Of a DNA stretch of 10,144 nt, positions 6,400 to 10,144 are shown piece by piece; the stretch's first letter is position 1; every line of letters begins with the position of its first letter. The DNA is from Amoeboradix gromovi X-113 (Eukaryota; Fungi; Sanchytriomycota): NCBI GenBank assembly GCA_018985225.1, contig JADGIF010000359.1:1-10144 (forward strand). The letters run 5' to 3'. The notes below the pieces were generated by a model. The model was not told where the DNA came from and searched no databases. It was given only the letters and a program-made list of their open reading frames with translations. Position numbers and translations under genes: made by a program.

Positions 6400-9379
6400 T
6401 TACCAGTTTAAATTCAGCTTGTCCATTGATTCCATGGCAGATGACACATCCTTTTGTGCCTTTTTCCTCATATAGAAAATAGGGCAATCCCTATTTGAGC
6501 AAAGTACCTCCTGGTGAAGACTGCCTTGGCATCGCTGGCATTCTGTCCACAACTGCGAAAACCTGTTTTGTTTTAGTTTCGTATCTTGCTGCTTGCTGAG
6601 ATAGATCTCCACGTATCTAGGCTTGCAGTGCAAACACAGCCCCTTCATTCCAGCTTTTAGGGGTACTTTACACCCAAGACAAGTTTCTGTTTTAGTTACA
6701 AATTTCATCAATCCTCCAACAGACGAAGTGGATTTTTGAATGTGCCTAGTATGATCGCCTTTTACTACGTTAATACTATATACATAATATGTTCTCACAG
6801 TTGCCCTTTAATATGGGCTCAAATAGTCTCAGAAGAGGTTTGCTGAGTTGATTCTCTAAATAGTACTGAGTATCTATACTTATGTTGTTATCCAAGACAT
6901 AAATAGGATCTTCGCTTTTTTCATATGTTTTTGCACCTTTAGCTCCCTTGACTATGACATACGCCACTCTGTCCCCTAGATTTGGAGCACTACCTGCATC
7001 TCTTAGCTTCATCTTCTTCGCACACTCAACGTGCGGTTGCTTATTCTCATACTCCTCCTTGCTCAACTGCTTTGTGATAACCAACAAGCTCATGTCGACT
7101 TTGTTTTGTAACAAGTCAGAAATCATTGATTTTGCATACTCTACTGCTCCGTTAGGATCCGCTTTTATTAAAATCAAATCCAGGCATGTCTCTATCACTT
7201 TGCTGACCAATTGGCAGTTATCTCTGCGAACAGTCTCAATGCCTTTGGCGTCCATTTTATCATATTTATCAGGGCGAGTCCAGTTCAGCCCTGCATATCT
7301 TTTCTTGTTCATTAGTAAATAAGGGTAATACACCTTTTCAAATTCCAAATTAATGGGTTTTACAAAGTTCTTAGTTACATACTTGGCTGCTTCTAATCCC
7401 ATTTCCATCACTTTGTGCATGTCTGTAGGCCCAAACCTAACCATCACTGAATCAGTGTCCCCGTATATTACTAAGGAATCATGTTCGTACCCATTCTTCT
7501 TATTGTACTTGGATTCTACCAAACACTTGGTTTGCTCAATCATGTCTCTACCGAACGCAGTGACACTAGCAGATACCTCCAAGCAGGGTAAACTACCAAT
7601 GGTAGCGCCAGTGAATCCGTACACGCTATTAGCACTCAATTTCAGGGCCAGTTGTCTTCCGTTTAAAACTGCCTTCTTAAACTCGTTTGTTTCCTTCTTT
7701 AAATCGGATTTAGCTTGCTTTCTGGCACCCAATAAGTCTGCTAATATCAGAGGTAGCAAACCTTCACAGATATCCTTTTTGACAAAGCAGTCACCTGTTG
7801 GCGAAAGAGTATAATGCACGTCCTTTACAAAGTTATTACGCTCTATAGTTTGCTTATCTAACAAAGTGGTATAGCAGAGATTATGCGCCATCATGATAGA
7901 CGGGTATAAGCTACTAAAATCCAATGTGGCTATCGGAATGTCATAGTAGCCTTTTTTAGGTTCCAACACAGTAGCGCCCTCATAACTGTCATCATACGAC
8001 GCCCCTTCTCCCTTTCTAGATTGAATTACATAGTTTGTCTCCTTGGCCTTGCGGAACAGTTGAGACAGCACTTTAATTTGCTGACCCCGAGACAACAGGA
8101 AATTAAAAGGTACACCGCATACCCTTGCCATTTCTATGTAATTAATCAAAGTCATCAACTTGCGCATTAGCAGTAACGGTAGTTCAGCGTCCTTTATACA
8201 ATATACAGCCAATCTGCGACGAGTGTCATCGTTTCCATTCTGTAGCTCTGTTATTATAGAATGGTGCACATCCTCCTTCTGATCGCCGATGAACTCAGCA
8301 GATACAGCATTTAGCGAATATGATCGCAATTTGAAATCTCGTTGAATAACTTGCAGCATATCTACTATGATTCTACCGTCAATGTTAAACTCCTTTGAAT
8401 CTCTAGTACCAAATGCTTTGCTTGAGAATCGAGTATTCTTAGCTTTTGTCTCCTTATTCCTTAATCGTCCAAAATATGGGAAATCTAAAACTTTCAATGT
8501 CTTGGCACGGTCTATAAGGTACAGCAAATCAAAGTTTAATATGTTATAGCCTGTTATGACATCTGGATCACTTTTTACAAAATATTTGGAAAATTGCAGC
8601 AGCAATTGTGATTCTGTTTGAAATGAGTGGACTATTGCACCACTAATTGGAGCACAACTCTTTAGTGTAAATACTACCTTTTCCGTTGCCTCGGATCCCT
8701 GACTGGATAAAACACAGGCTATTTGTATAACAGCGTCATGTTGTGGCTCAGGAAAGATGCCTTTGCGACCACTGCACTCAATATCAAAACTGAATATCTT
8801 CAATGGCGCTAATTTGGAATATTCACCATTACTATCATGTGATATAATATCATATATACCAGTATCTATTTCAATGTCACAGTTAGATACTTTGCTGTTT
8901 CCAGATCTAGTGGTGTATTTATTTGCTGGAATTTCCAACCAGTTCATTCCAGATATATCAAAATCTACCATTGCCTTGAGTAGTCCAATGTTCAACACAT
9001 CGGCATCATAAACTTCAAAACTACCGAAAGATCCATTCTCTTGACCATTTGACGTTGGGGATGTCAACTCACGCTGCAACTTCTTAATTTGGGCTGGTGT
9101 GTCTGATGATATCTTGAACATATCCTTACCATTTTCATTGTAATAAAGCAATATCTTCTTATGCACCTTGCTAATAGTACAAGTACTACCTGTGATCTTG
9201 TTTACGTAATCGTTAAATGACTGTATATTTATGTTTTTGTAACTACAATACAGGTAAGGCTTATATCCAAACACATGGCAGCAAACTGATTTTCCATCTT
9301 CTGTTCTACCATAAAATGTCAATTCCAATTCATCTCTTTGTGTTTCCTCAGCTTCAATTTGTTGAAATATTATTGACAT
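6400..9379 (-). CDS. POL3: DNA polymerase delta catalytic subunit (family B); exons 9379-6784 and 6764-6400, 986 aa
   Basis: ExoI FSFDIEC, ExoII GYNILNFD, ExoIII YCIKDA. Polymerase motifs LDFSSLYPSIMMAHNLCY, KLSANSVYGFTGA, YGDTDS, KKRYAG. Delta-type LRSYSLNAVS and QKEDVHHS. C-terminal CysA (CLGC..CLHC) and CysB (CQRCQGSLHQEVLCSNRDCPIFY) lie in exon 2. Confidence 0.97.
6765..6783 (-). other. 19-nt spliceosomal intron (phase 1) GTATATAGTATTAACGTAG
   Basis: Excision gives T|TA = Leu and ENILLKGDHTRHI, restoring the conserved LLxGDHTR linker and joining the Cys-domain ORF. Retention gives an in-frame TAG at 6778-6776. Confidence 0.94.
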
Positions 9380-9609
9380 CCGGGGCGCACTCTGAAAGGT
9401 AAACTTGGGGCAAAGGAGATCACAAAAGAAAAATAAATGACTGGTTATATGAGCAAGCCCTTATCAAAAAAGCATCCGAAGTTATAGTGAGTGAGTTTTA
9501 CGGGAGTGTGGCACTAACTCTGAAATCAATATTCATGTCAGAAAATTAATATAGATATAATTTTATTAGGTTCTGAGGATCTTCACCACAGAGGAGACCA
9601 GTCTGTTCC

Positions 9610-9951
9610 TTAACTGCAATATGCACTAAAAATCAACTCAGCTCTTGTCTTGGGGCGTTTTCTGAATTGCTTGGTAATGTCTTGGTGTATGTCCAACTCT
9701 AGCAGTGGCAATTTGAAGATATCTTTCATGGACAATAGGAAAGAACGAGTGTTCAAACAATTTAGATAAGTGTGGAAAGGCGTTTTGTTCGTGTAATGAC
9801 TGCAGATGATTTGTTGAACTATACCGATTACTGTAGTGTCTTTACTGTGTAGTAAATAATATGAAATAAATTTGTTGTTTGTAATATCCAGTAACTGTTG
9901 CAAATACATCGTATGTCTCCTTTCTTTGAGCAATTCCAAAGCCTCTAGCAA
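9610..9951 (-). CDS. Hypothetical ORF or degraded gene fragment, unidentified (first ATG at 9909, 99 aa)
   Basis: Stop-free frame of about 130 codons in AT-rich DNA, Leu-rich, with a minus-strand AATAAA at 9567-9562 downstream. No recognisable motif. Confidence 0.25.
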   Translation of the reverse strand: MLEALELLKERRHTMYLQQLLDITNNKFISYYLLHSKDTTVIGIVQQIICSHYTNKTPFHTYLNCLNTRSFLLSMKDIFKLPLLELDIHQDITKQFRKRPKTRAELIFSAYCS

Positions 9952-10144
9952 TAGGTTTGTATCTACTAGTAATTTGTTTAGATTTAAATTTTTTTGATGA
10001 GAAGTTTAGAGCCAATTGGGACACCAAATATAAAAACTAGACTAACTCGTTTTTAAAGGTGTACCATACGGAGGAAATACTATCATTAATAAAAGATCTT
10101 CTATTATACCAATTTTCTTTCATTACTTTCAATCCCCTCTTCAA

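Noticed and set aside
6400-6798. Separate 132-aa Cys-rich gene overlapping POL3
   Set aside because: It is POL3 exon 2. Its apparent N-terminus is out-of-frame exon 1 plus intron sequence.
6400-9379. Viral or Polinton family-B polymerase, or an intein
   Set aside because: Motifs and CysA/CysB are those of cellular Pol delta, with no insertion at the catalytic motifs.
6948-9402. Plus-strand ORFs 6948-7322, 7353-7814, 8367-8549, 8757-9011 and 9217-9402
   Set aside because: Antisense to the well-conserved POL3, with no recognisable motifs.
9380-9430. snRNA-like element (GATCACAAAAG loosely resembles U1 loop I)
   Set aside because: No ACTTACC 5' end, closing stem or Sm site in the right arrangement.

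Overview
Compact, AT-rich eukaryotic nuclear DNA using the standard code, most likely from a reduced early-diverging fungus or relative (inference). It holds three housekeeping genes: V-ATPase V0 subunit a (+), COPII outer-coat SEC31 (+) and the DNA polymerase delta catalytic subunit POL3 (-). The spacers are only 90 bp and 22 bp. The main signal is a set of ultra-small GT-AG introns of 19, 21 and 19 nt, one per gene. All are phase 1, all lie 88-90% of the way along the CDS, and all share GTATWT...AYTMAYRTAG with a putative branch A fixed 6 nt from the 3' end. The two 19-nt introns explain the split ORFs in the ORF track, and the 21-nt one is hidden in frame in SEC31. Other signs of compaction are AATAAA signals fused to stop codons and an apparently N-terminally truncated POL3. 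SEC31 also has a 10-copy repeat with no PPP motif. Both window ends hold unresolved ORF-like sequence.
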